Assembly: GCA_026418175.1 (NCBI GenBank)
Contig: JAOABX010000001.1
Location: 68,957-132,956, forward strand
From: Flavobacteriales bacterium
GTDB taxonomy: Bacteria > Bacteroidota > Bacteroidia > CAIKAF01
Direction: 5' to 3'
Length of the DNA stretch: 64,000 nt
Within the stretch, counting starts at the first letter, position 1, and every line of letters begins with the position of its first letter. Both the position numbers and the translations under genes were made by a program. The notes under the pieces were generated by a model. The model saw only the letters and a program-made list of their open reading frames with translations. It did no database searches and was not told where the DNA came from. Shown in pieces: positions 10,741-19,545 of this stretch.

Positions 10741-11688
10741 ATGGAATCAATCAATTTACAGGAATTTAGCCGATTTACTCATTTTGAGTTGTTGGCACGC
10801 CAGGTGGTAGAAGGCTTTATTACCGGGTTGCATCGTAGCCCGTTTCATGGGTTTTCGGTAGAATTTGCCGAACACCGGCAATACAATACCGGCGAATCTA
10901 CCCGGCATATTGATTGGAAATTGTATGCCCGTACAGAAAAATTATTTGTAAAACGATATGAGGAAGAAACCAACCTGCGCTGTCATATCATATTAGATAA
11001 TTCTTCTTCCATGTATTTCCCGCTAAAAGAGGATTTACCTCAGGGAGCAAAAAATAAAATTTCATTTGCTGCGCTGAGTGCTGCTGCGCTGATTGAGATG
11101 ATGCGTCGTCAACGGGACGCATTTGGTATTTCCGTGTTTTCTGATAAAATAGATTTACATACCCCCGATAAATCAAATCCGGTTCACCAGAAATACATTT
11201 ACCATCAGCTAGAGCAATTAACCGATGTGCAAAATGCACGGTTGCAGAAAAAATCGGCAGTAGCAATGTTACTGCATCAGATTGCCGAAATGATTCACCG
11301 GCGATCCTTGGTAGTTATTTTCAGTGACATGTTTCAGAATATCGGAGCTGAAAGAGAGGCCGCCTTGGATGAAATATTCTCAGCATTGCAGCATCTGCGT
11401 CATAACAAACATGAGGTTTTGCTGTTTCATGTAGTGGATAAAAAATTGGAACTCCAGTTTGAATTTGAAGACCGGCCATATCGTTTTATTGATTTGGAGA
11501 CTGGCGAAGAATTAAAACTACATCCGTCAGAAATTCGTGAGGAGTATAAAAAATCACTGGAAAAGTTTGAGCAAAAGCTCAAATTACGTTCGGCTCAGTA
11601 TGGAATTGATTTTGTTGAGGCTGACATTAATCAGGGGTTTCATCAGGTTCTCTGGAATTACCTGGTAAAACGTAATCGGCAGTATTAA
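10741..11688 (+). CDS. DUF58 (vWA-like) protein
   Basis: GLHRSPFHGFSVEFAEHRQY, IDWKLYART, VVIFSD. Confidence 0.9.
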   Translation: MESINLQEFSRFTHFELLARQVVEGFITGLHRSPFHGFSVEFAEHRQYNTGESTRHIDWKLYARTEKLFVKRYEEETNLRCHIILDNSSSMYFPLKEDLPQGAKNKISFAALSAAALIEMMRRQRDAFGISVFSDKIDLHTPDKSNPVHQKYIYHQLEQLTDVQNARLQKKSAVAMLLHQIAEMIHRRSLVVIFSDMFQNIGAEREAALDEIFSALQHLRHNKHEVLLFHVVDKKLELQFEFEDRPYRFIDLETGEELKLHPSEIREEYKKSLEKFEQKLKLRSAQYGIDFVEADINQGFHQVLWNYLVKRNRQY

Positions 11689-11779
11689 AAGGGTTACTCT
11701 ATCGTCAGCCTCTTAACTTAAGTGAGAGATCACTTTGCCCTACACTTTGTACCACTGCTATTCAGTTAGGATGATTAAT

Positions 11780-11815
11780 AAAACAGCACACCCATAGTAG
11801 GGTGTGGCTGTTTTT
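11780..11815. terminator. Bidirectional terminator
   Basis: AAAACAGCACACCC-loop-GGGTGTGGCTGTTTT between convergent genes. Confidence 0.7.
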
Positions 11816-11830
11816 AAAAAAGAAAAATAA

Positions 11831-12886
11831 TTAATCCACTTTGGTCATGCGTTTGGTTTCAACGATTTGACCGTCCACAATCAGGCTGTAGTTGTACAGG
11901 CCGCTGCTCAGGTCATCGGCATACACCAACAATTTACCGTGCCCGTTTTCACGGATATCTACCATTTTAATTACCTGCCCTAGGTTGTTTGTAAATACCA
12001 ATTGGGCGCGTTGAACCCGTTCGGGCAAATACCAGGTAATAGTGGTTTGTTCCTTGAATGGGTTGGGAGCATTCTGATTCAGCACCACCATGTCTTCGTT
12101 ACGTAATCTCACTTCCAGGGAATATTCATGGTATATGGAAGGCATGGACGGGTTGTTGCCTTGAATCTGCATGGGTTGAGCAGCATTGCAGCAGTTGGTT
12201 ATCATCCCGGCAAGTAGTTGCAATTGTTGTTGCATGGATTGCATGAGCGAATCCTGATGGGCAATTTTTTGCTGCTGCTCCTGAAATGCTTTAATCAGCA
12301 GAGGAATGATTTCTACATAGTTGACACTTTTTACAGTTGCCGCCGGATGAATTACCTGTCCCAGCGAATCGTACACCGGAGCCACCCGGGTATTTTGTAC
12401 CAGTTCAGGAAAAACCTGTTCCACCTGTTGTGCTATCAGCCCGTAGTGGTTACCGGCACTAAGGTTTAGTTGTGGTACAGCCATGTTGGTGTATTGAAAT
12501 GAAATGGGTTGCAGTTGTTGTAATTGCTGAGCTACATGATTCAATGGTTGAACATTGGTTTTAACCACTTCGTCAGAAGGATTTGTAAAAGTGCCGGTTA
12601 CATGCACATCTCCTTCAAACCAACCGGCATAGCTGTTGCCCGGATCTGCTGGAGCAGTGGCATAAATACCATATTGCGTAGCACCGGTAACGGCATTGCT
12701 TGTAAATTTTCCTACAAAGTAAGTACTGGAGGTTGATAAACCACTGGCATTTCCTTCAATACCGGTAGTGGTATTATTACCCGCAAAACCTCCAAAAAAT
12801 CCGCCTCGCGGCTGTAACCCGTTGCTGGCAATTCCATACACACCAATATTATTACTAACGTTTACATTTGCTTTCGCCTCAAAAAA
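11831..12886 (-). CDS. C-terminal half of tail-fibre-like T9SS protein: S74-type chaperone, coiled coil and type A CTD
   Basis: PSDEVVKTNV...LQPISFQY...HYGLIAQQVEQVFPELV...VNYVEIIPLLIKAFQEQQ (S74-like), then LNQNAPNPF...SSGLYNYSL...KRMTK (CTD). Frame is open back to 12901 and reads FFEAKANVNVSNNIGVYG from the T6 run. Confidence 0.8.
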   Translation of the reverse strand, partial: FFEAKANVNVSNNIGVYGIASNGLQPRGGFFGGFAGNNTTTGIEGNASGLSTSSTYFVGKFTSNAVTGATQYGIYATAPADPGNSYAGWFEGDVHVTGTFTNPSDEVVKTNVQPLNHVAQQLQQLQPISFQYTNMAVPQLNLSAGNHYGLIAQQVEQVFPELVQNTRVAPVYDSLGQVIHPAATVKSVNYVEIIPLLIKAFQEQQQKIAHQDSLMQSMQQQLQLLAGMITNCCNAAQPMQIQGNNPSMPSIYHEYSLEVRLRNEDMVVLNQNAPNPFKEQTTITWYLPERVQRAQLVFTNNLGQVIKMVDIRENGHGKLLVYADDLSSGLYNYSLIVDGQIVETKRMTKVD

Positions 12887-14907
12887 CCTCCATAATTGAA
12901 ATTATCATTGATACCATTCCCGGTATTGGCCAACCCCATTACACCATAATTTACCACCCCTCCGTCTGAAGAAAAGTATCCACCGATATGAATGTTTTTA
13001 TTATCTGTTAAATCTACACCATCTGATGCACCAGCTACGCCAATGTAATAAAAAGGACCGTTTAATGCAGGCGAAGCAGAAGAATTTCTCCCTAATACAC
13101 CCACAGTATTATAGGCAACCGGTTGCCCGGGATCTTCCCACACACTGAGCTTTGCGGGTAAGTTAGATATACTATTCGGATACCCGATACCTATGGCATT
13201 TACTCCCTGCGTTGTGGCATTTTGACCCAAAAAATAAACGTTTTGGTTATTCATGGGAATTTCCCGGTAGTTGAGTAATTGTGCAGGATTTCCAGCTGCA
13301 TTAATATTTTGCCCAAACTGAACTGTATTTGCATTAAGCGGATCGGTGCTGCATCCGTTATTGGCATTGATGGCAGCGCCGGATAAATTATTCGCATCTC
13401 TCCAGTATAAGCGGCCATAATCATTGGGGTCTCTTACCAATACCTGATTGAGAGATTCGTTTTGCTGTACACTTCGGATACGGGCATCACCATCGATATC
13501 TAATGTAGCACCTACGTAGTTATTTGCATCAATAGGTATCCCCGTAAAATCACCAATACCCACAGAAGGTTTATTGATTACCTGTGGATTATTAACTAAA
13601 TTATTTGGGGTAAGCCGCATTACCTCAACTCCATTTGTACTTCTACTTTGTGTTGTACCAAAAGGATCGTTTATGCCAGAGGTAAATAAGAATCGTAAAT
13701 TGTCAGGGCCTTCTTGTAATAAAGGATTTTGCATGTTATCACCCCAGTTAATTACGGCATCGTACCGGTCGCCTTGGTTAATAGGATTATTGGAAGGTTC
13801 TCTTTTTAAACCAAAGTACATGTTATCGGTACCTTGAGAGATAAAAGTACCCACATCCATCCAGGGTCGCCATCCATTGAGTGGACTAATGGTGCCTGTG
13901 GTATTATATCCTAAATGAAGTAAGCTTAATGGTTGGGTTACCGGATTGGAAGGATTATGACTAATGCTTACACGTGTTACGTTAGCAGGCAATCCTGCCG
14001 GATTGTTTAGTCCCGGAGCACCGATCTGTGTTATTCGAATGCGTTCATTCGCTGCACCAGCTGCATTGGTTAAAATTCTAATATTACTGTTTTCCTGTTG
14101 CCGAATATGAACTTCATTGGTAGGGCCTGTTACCCCTATACGAAGGCCATCTGTTGTTGTAGTACCTGTTACATTATTCGAAATTTGAATAAAGTCATTA
14201 TCACCAAAAGCATTGTGCACATGCAGGTGGCTTTGTGGACCGGAAGTAAAGTTGATGAAATCACCAATACCTACATTTCGGTCTGGCCAAACCGACATCA
14301 TTTCCATATCACGATTTTGTGCAGCTACTACACCTGTTCCTATCACACCTATAGATGGAGTAAATATAAACCGCATACGGGTGGGAGTAGAGGCATTGAT
14401 ATTATCATCACCCCAATTTACCACAGCATCGGGCCGTTTAGTACCAGTAGAATCTACATGATACATTCCTACATACATATTATTACTCTGCTCGTTGATA
14501 TACACCCCGGTTTTCATCCAGGGGCGCCAGCCGGTACCGGAACCAAAGATGCCTTCCGGCCCGCGAATATGCAACATAGCCCTTGGCGAGCCGGTACGTA
14601 TTCCTACATATCCATTGGCATTCATGGGCATGAGTAACGGATAGTTGGCTGCACTAAATGCAAACAATCCCGGATTGCCTAAATACCCTGCATTGATAAG
14701 AGTATTCTCATTGATGCGCATGCGCTCGGTATTTGAGGTTTCAACCCTTACTGGTAAGTTGTTGTTAGTACCAAGAACATTATTTGTAGCATTTATACCT
14801 AAAGGTCCATTACCTCCAAGCAACCAGTTTTGGGAATTTGCTTGGAAAGTTGAAGCAGTTATAAGACCTACTATTAAAAAATTATATTTTATTTTCATTT
14901 TATTCAC
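12862..14907 (-). CDS. N-terminal part of the same tail-fibre-like protein (frameshifted at 12881-12886)
   Basis: Signal peptide, NWLLGGN...LGT, fibre-type ERMRI/NVGIG/LHV motifs, G/N-rich. Ends abruptly after GGFL with no CTD. Confidence 0.75.
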   Translation of the reverse strand: MNKMKIKYNFLIVGLITASTFQANSQNWLLGGNGPLGINATNNVLGTNNNLPVRVETSNTERMRINENTLINAGYLGNPGLFAFSAANYPLLMPMNANGYVGIRTGSPRAMLHIRGPEGIFGSGTGWRPWMKTGVYINEQSNNMYVGMYHVDSTGTKRPDAVVNWGDDNINASTPTRMRFIFTPSIGVIGTGVVAAQNRDMEMMSVWPDRNVGIGDFINFTSGPQSHLHVHNAFGDNDFIQISNNVTGTTTTDGLRIGVTGPTNEVHIRQQENSNIRILTNAAGAANERIRITQIGAPGLNNPAGLPANVTRVSISHNPSNPVTQPLSLLHLGYNTTGTISPLNGWRPWMDVGTFISQGTDNMYFGLKREPSNNPINQGDRYDAVINWGDNMQNPLLQEGPDNLRFLFTSGINDPFGTTQSRSTNGVEVMRLTPNNLVNNPQVINKPSVGIGDFTGIPIDANNYVGATLDIDGDARIRSVQQNESLNQVLVRDPNDYGRLYWRDANNLSGAAINANNGCSTDPLNANTVQFGQNINAAGNPAQLLNYREIPMNNQNVYFLGQNATTQGVNAIGIGYPNSISNLPAKLSVWEDPGQPVAYNTVGVLGRNSSASPALNGPFYYIGVAGASDGVDLTDNKNIHIGGYFSSDGGVVNYGVMGLANTGNGINDNFNYGGFLRRKQM
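13546..14586 (-). repeat. Two internal protein repeats (about 14260-14586 and 13546-13929)
   Basis: Both units read LH...GWRPWMxxGxxI...NMYxG...DAVxNWGD...RFxFT...VGIGDF. Confidence 0.8.
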
Positions 14908-14921
14908 TTTTTGATTTATAA

Positions 14922-15869
14922 CTAATCAAACATGTGAATAAACCCATTCTTAATTGATTCTTTCTTAGAATTACAAATTACATAGTAATAGATTCCATTA
15001 CTTGCTTTAATACCCGTGTCTGATAATTGACCGTTCCAATAGGTTTTATTAGAAGATAAAACTTGTACTATTTCACCCCATCTATTATATATGAGAACTT
15101 GATAATTGCTATTTTTTAGCCAATGAAAATCAATGCTATCATTTATTCCATCAGCATTGGGTGTAAATACATTCGCTGGTTTAAACTCACCAAAGTCAAT
15201 CATTGAAATAGAGTCAATAAAATAGTAACTTTGAAGATAAACGGAGCCATCATTTAAATTTAATATATCTGTATAAGAATCATCATAAAAATTACCAATA
15301 GTTAAGTATGAATATTTCTTATCAGCTAAATAGAACAAATCATACTTAGTCCAACCATTTTTATTAGTAAAATAGTTAGAGTCCTCAAAAATAATAGTTG
15401 GCTCAATATTTATAGTTTGAAAATCATTTTGTACAATAGGAAACTCTGATAATACCATATGGATTTGTTTGATTGCATAACTAAAGTTATCAGCCAAGCT
15501 GGTAAAAATTGATATTTTATAGATGTGTCCAATCTCTGTAGGTGTGGTAAATTTTGTTTGAATATATTCCCTATAGTTAACACCATCACCCAATAATCCA
15601 AATCCAATATAAGCATCACCATCAATTGGAAATTCATTACCGAATGTATTAAGTGGTATCATTATATCTGGATTTGTGGTACATATATTAAAATAATCGG
15701 ACGTACCATAGCTAGGTAGTCTCCAACCTATAATACTATCTATTTGACCAACAGATGTTGGGCATGAATAGTAATATTCAAAACTTCCATTTGGTATAAT
15801 ATTTACCTGGCTCGTAATTTTATTATACAAGAATAAAATGAGTATAATTAAAAGAATGGATTTATTCAA
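14922..15869 (-). CDS. Secreted protein with T9SS type B (CHU_C / gliding-associated) CTD; very AT-rich
   Basis: TTG start and signal peptide; NIIPNGSFE...CP...GTSDYF...REYIQ domain; NVFTPNADGIND...IYNRWG...GIYYY...GFIHMFD. Confidence 0.85.
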   Translation of the reverse strand: MNKSILLIILILFLYNKITSQVNIIPNGSFEYYYSCPTSVGQIDSIIGWRLPSYGTSDYFNICTTNPDIMIPLNTFGNEFPIDGDAYIGFGLLGDGVNYREYIQTKFTTPTEIGHIYKISIFTSLADNFSYAIKQIHMVLSEFPIVQNDFQTINIEPTIIFEDSNYFTNKNGWTKYDLFYLADKKYSYLTIGNFYDDSYTDILNLNDGSVYLQSYYFIDSISMIDFGEFKPANVFTPNADGINDSIDFHWLKNSNYQVLIYNRWGEIVQVLSSNKTYWNGQLSDTGIKASNGIYYYVICNSKKESIKNGFIHMFD

Positions 15870-16050
15870 TGTTTATCAATTTTGTTTCCCTTCCTCACTT
15901 TGGGGCAGAGGTTGGTTAACAAGCCCACCTGTTTAAGCCATGTGAAGTTTGGTGTAACCCAGTAAACCATATAACATGGGTTAAGCGAGGTTTTTATAGT
16001 TATTCATGGTTGTTCCCCACAGGGAACTTCAGGTAGGTGCTAAGATTTTA

Positions 16051-16060
16051 CCCCCCCCCC
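16051..16060 (-). repeat. G10 homopolymer (C10 on +) upstream of the T9SS gene pair
   Basis: CCCCCCCCCC in AT-rich intergenic DNA. Confidence 0.9.
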
Positions 16061-16172
16061 TGTTAATTGTTTGATAATTAAATGAATGCATAATTTTATT
16101 GGGTTGCATGATGCAATTTATACAATGACGGGGAGATTGTCAAGAGGTGTTGGAAAAATTAACTTACAAATT

Positions 16173-16301
16173 CATGTAATTGCTATGCTCATTTATAAAC
16201 ACGGCATTCTGCATCCAGGGGCGCCAGCCGGTACCGGAACCAAAGATGCCTTCTGGCCCGCGAATATCTAGCATGATGCAGGTCAATCTGGTACTAATAC
16301 C
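16173..16301 (-). pseudogene. Orphan 129-nt paralogous fragment of the fibre gene (copy of 14476-14604)
   Basis: Gapless alignment at offset 1697. Core 16212-16267 is 55/56 identical to 14515-14570. Translates GISTRLTCIMLDIRGPEGIFGSGTGWRPWMQNAVFINEHSNYM. Confidence 0.85.
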
Positions 16302-16381
16302 TTTGTATTTATATTCAACAATAACTTAAAAGCAGAATTACGTGTTGGCGGTTTAACTTAAATTACTATTCAGCGTATTAA

Positions 16382-16846
16382 TCACCATCCGCTGAACTCC
16401 CCGGCAGTAACTACAATGCTGTCAGTTTCGGTAGAATTATATGCCACTCCTTGAAATGAGCCACGTATGCGACGAAGCGGACTTTGAGACCCTATTTCAG
16501 TAATGGTAATCGTACCGTGGCTGGCCGGATATCCTTCCCAAATTTTATATATTGTACCGTTTACACTAAAAATAAACTCACCTTCGCCTGCCCCTGCTCC
16601 AATGGATATGGGATAGGTGCCGCTGCCCGTTACGTTGGGTACAATGCCTGTTATCACAATCTGTGTAGAACTACCGGTTACAGTTGCAAAGTCATTTGAA
16701 TTGAGGTATGCAGCTACGTTTTCGGTGTTGTCTTCAAACAATTCTCCATCTAAGTAACAGCGAAGAAATTCTCCCTGATCAGATCCGGGATTGCAGGCCC
16801 AGGAAAACATTCCTAAAACCAACATACATAGGGTGGTTTTTTTCAT
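16382..16846 (-). CDS. Lipoprotein, DUF6252-like (start corrected to MKKTTL)
   Basis: Lipobox FSWAC; GTITIT...IRGSF...VVTAGEF. The longer listed ORF starts inside the upstream terminator region. Confidence 0.65.
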   Translation of the reverse strand: MKKTTLCMLVLGMFSWACNPGSDQGEFLRCYLDGELFEDNTENVAAYLNSNDFATVTGSSTQIVITGIVPNVTGSGTYPISIGAGAGEGEFIFSVNGTIYKIWEGYPASHGTITITEIGSQSPLRRIRGSFQGVAYNSTETDSIVVTAGEFSGW

Positions 16847-16871
16847 AAAAAAATATTTTGTGGATAAAAAT

Positions 16872-16894
16872 AAAAAAACCCCGGTTAGCCGGGG
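16872..16894 (-). terminator. Terminator of the DUF2795 gene
   Basis: CCCCGG-CTAA-CCGGGG followed by T7 on the minus strand. Confidence 0.75.
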
Positions 16895-16902
16895 CAACTT
16901 TT

Positions 16903-17124
16903 TTAGTATTCGTCTTCATTAAAAAAGAAGTCATCCTTGGTCGGGTAATCCGGCCAAATGTCTTCAATGGATTCAAACGGTTCTCCATCGTCTTCCAGTT
17001 CCTGCAGGTTTTCAATTACTTCCATCGGGGCGCCGCTACGCATGGCAAAATCTATCAATTCATCTTTGGTAGCAGGCCATGGGGCATCTTCTAAGTATGA
17101 AGCTAATTCCAGTGTCCAGTACAT
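16903..17124 (-). CDS. DUF2795 protein
   Basis: MYWTLELASYLEDAPWPATKDELID, a highly conserved Bacteroidota sequence. TATTTTTG promoter at 17213-17220 (-). Confidence 0.92.
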   Translation of the reverse strand: MYWTLELASYLEDAPWPATKDELIDFAMRSGAPMEVIENLQELEDDGEPFESIEDIWPDYPTKDDFFFNEDEY

Positions 17125-17376
17125 AACTTTCCGGTTTTAGGGATTACAGTTTCACGTTAACGAATTATGCGCTTAAAAGTTTTCAAAAAATGTTTTTGCC
17201 TTTTAAGGGCTGCAAAAATATAGAAAATTGGTTGCGATAGGCAAATTCTAAAAAGATAAAGCTTATTTTTTTATTGAAAATCACCAATCAATTGATAATA
17301 AATAGTTTGCATATTAATTTTCATGTTTTTTATGGCATGGAATAAAAAAATAGTTTAGCCCGAAGCAGCATGATTA

Positions 17377-17931
17377 TTAATCTTTTTTACGAGGAATCCA
17401 AGGTATTTCTGAAACTCCGATATGCATGCCCAGGTAGCGTGCCAACATAAACAGGTAATCGCTTAAGCGATTGAGATAAATAATCAGCATACCGGATATT
17501 TCTTCCTGTTCTGCCAATTGAACGACCAGTCGTTCTGCTCTGCGGCAAACACAACGGGCAATGTGTGTCTGACTTACAATGGGATGTCCACCCGGAAGAA
17601 TAAAATTTTTTAGTTCAGGTAAACTAGTTTCCATGGCATCTATTTGTTCTTCCAATGCTGTGATATGTTGCTCTTCAATTTCAGGTACCCAGAGGTTTTT
17701 TTTGCCGGGTTCAGCGGCCAGCATAGCACCGATATTAAACAGGTGATGTTGAATTTGAAGTAATTCGTCTTTTTGTGGTTGAGGAATGGGTTGATCCCGT
17801 AAATAACCAATCCACGAATTTAGTTCATCAACTGTTCCGTATGCTTCAATGCGGGGATGGAATTTGGGGACGCGGGCTCCGCCAAACAAAGCCGTTGTGC
17901 CTTTATCGCCGGTTTTGGTGTAAATTTTCAT
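17377..17931 (-). CDS. PduO-type cob(I)alamin adenosyltransferase
   Basis: KIYTKTGDKG, AYGTVDELNS, FILPGG, RRAER, YLNRLSDYLF. Confidence 0.95.
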   Translation of the reverse strand: MKIYTKTGDKGTTALFGGARVPKFHPRIEAYGTVDELNSWIGYLRDQPIPQPQKDELLQIQHHLFNIGAMLAAEPGKKNLWVPEIEEQHITALEEQIDAMETSLPELKNFILPGGHPIVSQTHIARCVCRRAERLVVQLAEQEEISGMLIIYLNRLSDYLFMLARYLGMHIGVSEIPWIPRKKD

Positions 17932-17941
17932 AGGATTCAGG

Positions 17942-18667
17942 TTATTTTTGAGAACTTATAAAGTTCAAAAACGTTTTTTCGGGGTTGTTGGGTACATCAC
18001 TTTCAATTAGTCCGTCTCGCAGCCGAACTATACGGCTGGTGTGCTTGGCTATGTCTTCTTCGTGAGTAACTACAATAATGGTATTACCTCGTTGATGCAG
18101 CTCGTCAAATAGAGCCATAATTTCATAACTGGTTTTAGTGTCTAAGTTTCCAGTAGGTTCATCAGCCAGCAAAATGGTGGGATTATTGACTAGTGCCCGG
18201 GCTACTGCCACACGCTGTCGTTGTCCCCCCGACAGCTCATTGGGTTTGTGCTTCATCCGGTCGCCCAATCCTACCTGCTCTAATACTTCTTTAGCCCTCC
18301 GGATACGATCAGCTTTGCTGTATCCGGCATATACCAGTGGCAATGCTACATTTTCAAGTGCGGTGTATCGGGGAAGCAGGTTAAAGGTTTGAAAAATGAA
18401 TCCAATTTCTTTGTTTCTAACCCCGGCCAATTCCCGGTCATTCATTTTACTTACATCAGTACCGTTCAGATAGTATTGGCCGCCGGTAGGCGTATCCAAA
18501 CACCCAATGATATTCATAAATGTTGATTTGCCGGAGCCAGAAGGCCCCATAAATGCCACGTATTCATTTTTCATTACACTGATGGAAATTCCTTTCAGTA
18601 CTTTTATAACCTCCTTGCCCATGACAAAGTCACGAGTAATATTTACTGTACGGATTACCTCCTGCAT
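17942..18667 (-). CDS. ABC transporter ATPase (LolD/MacB-like)
   Basis: [27 protein letters not shown]. Confidence 0.93.
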   Translation of the reverse strand: MQEVIRTVNITRDFVMGKEVIKVLKGISISVMKNEYVAFMGPSGSGKSTFMNIIGCLDTPTGGQYYLNGTDVSKMNDRELAGVRNKEIGFIFQTFNLLPRYTALENVALPLVYAGYSKADRIRRAKEVLEQVGLGDRMKHKPNELSGGQRQRVAVARALVNNPTILLADEPTGNLDTKTSYEIMALFDELHQRGNTIIVVTHEEDIAKHTSRIVRLRDGLIESDVPNNPEKTFLNFISSQK

Positions 18668-18750
18668 ATACCACTAAGTTTTTACAATGTTAATCAATCC
18701 CCTTATTATTCAACAGCAATCTCTGATTAAAGTTTGTTAACCTAAGAGGT

Positions 18751-19542
18751 TTACAACGGATATTTGATGATACGATGTTCTTTGCTAAGCTTCTTCGAAA
18801 TAAAAACTATGCCCATTTGAAAAATATCGAGGGTGAGGGTAACCTGTTTGTGTTTGCAAATGATTTCCCAGGCATCAGCCATTTCAGGACTCCAGTGAAT
18901 ATCATCAAAAATCAGCACTCCTTCCGGATGAATGGAGGGCAGCAACATTTCAAAATACCGAAGGGTAGGTTCTTTTCGGTGGTTGCCATCAATCCACACC
19001 ATATCAAAAGCTTCGTTGGCGGATAAAATATCAGCTAACACATCATCAAAATTTCCACAAAGTGAAAAAATGTTGTTTTTTTCAAGCGTAATAAAATGAT
19101 TGGATGCCAGCTTTTGAATGGCAGGGTCGCCTTCGATGGTGGTTACTTTTCCGTTGTCGGCTGCCAGACTGAGATACGATGTTGTGATTCCGAAGGATGT
19201 GCCCAGTTCCAGAATATTTTTAGCTTGCATGTGTTTAGCCAGTCGATACAATAGCCTTGCATTGTGTGGGGGTTGCAGGCTTTTTTGGGCTATAGACCGG
19301 ATGGTTTGTATTTTGTTTATACCTGTATTCCCAGCTCCTAAATCGGTTCTTACGATGGTTTGATAGTTTTTTAACAACTCAAGCCTTAGGTTTTCAATGG
19401 GTTCAAAAATGGGTTGAGGAGAATCGTAAAAACAAGTTTGCATGAGTTGAAATAAAAAAGGCGAATGAATGTACTGAATGCCTCGGGCATGTTGCCTGTA
19501 GCGTATATATTCACCAATTCGGAAAAGCAGTGGGTGTATCAC
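18751..19542 (-). CDS. Class I SAM-dependent methyltransferase
   Basis: HSPF, ILELGTSFG, WIDGNH, IFDDIHWS. Confidence 0.88.
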   Translation of the reverse strand: MIHPLLFRIGEYIRYRQHARGIQYIHSPFLFQLMQTCFYDSPQPIFEPIENLRLELLKNYQTIVRTDLGAGNTGINKIQTIRSIAQKSLQPPHNARLLYRLAKHMQAKNILELGTSFGITTSYLSLAADNGKVTTIEGDPAIQKLASNHFITLEKNNIFSLCGNFDDVLADILSANEAFDMVWIDGNHRKEPTLRYFEMLLPSIHPEGVLIFDDIHWSPEMADAWEIICKHKQVTLTLDIFQMGIVFISKKLSKEHRIIKYPL

Positions 19543-19545
19543 CGG

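Noticed and set aside
11831..14907. Prophage tail gene
   Set aside because: Has a signal peptide and a T9SS CTD; no capsid, terminase or integrase nearby.
14476..16301. Diversity-generating retroelement (TR/VR pair)
   Set aside because: Mismatches between the copies are not adenine-specific (C/A, G/C, C/T and G/T occur), the target is N-terminal, and no reverse transcriptase is in the window.
16859..16867. DnaA box / oriC (TTATCCACA on minus strand)
   Set aside because: Single box; other copies lie inside CDSs. No cluster, and no dnaA next to dnaN.
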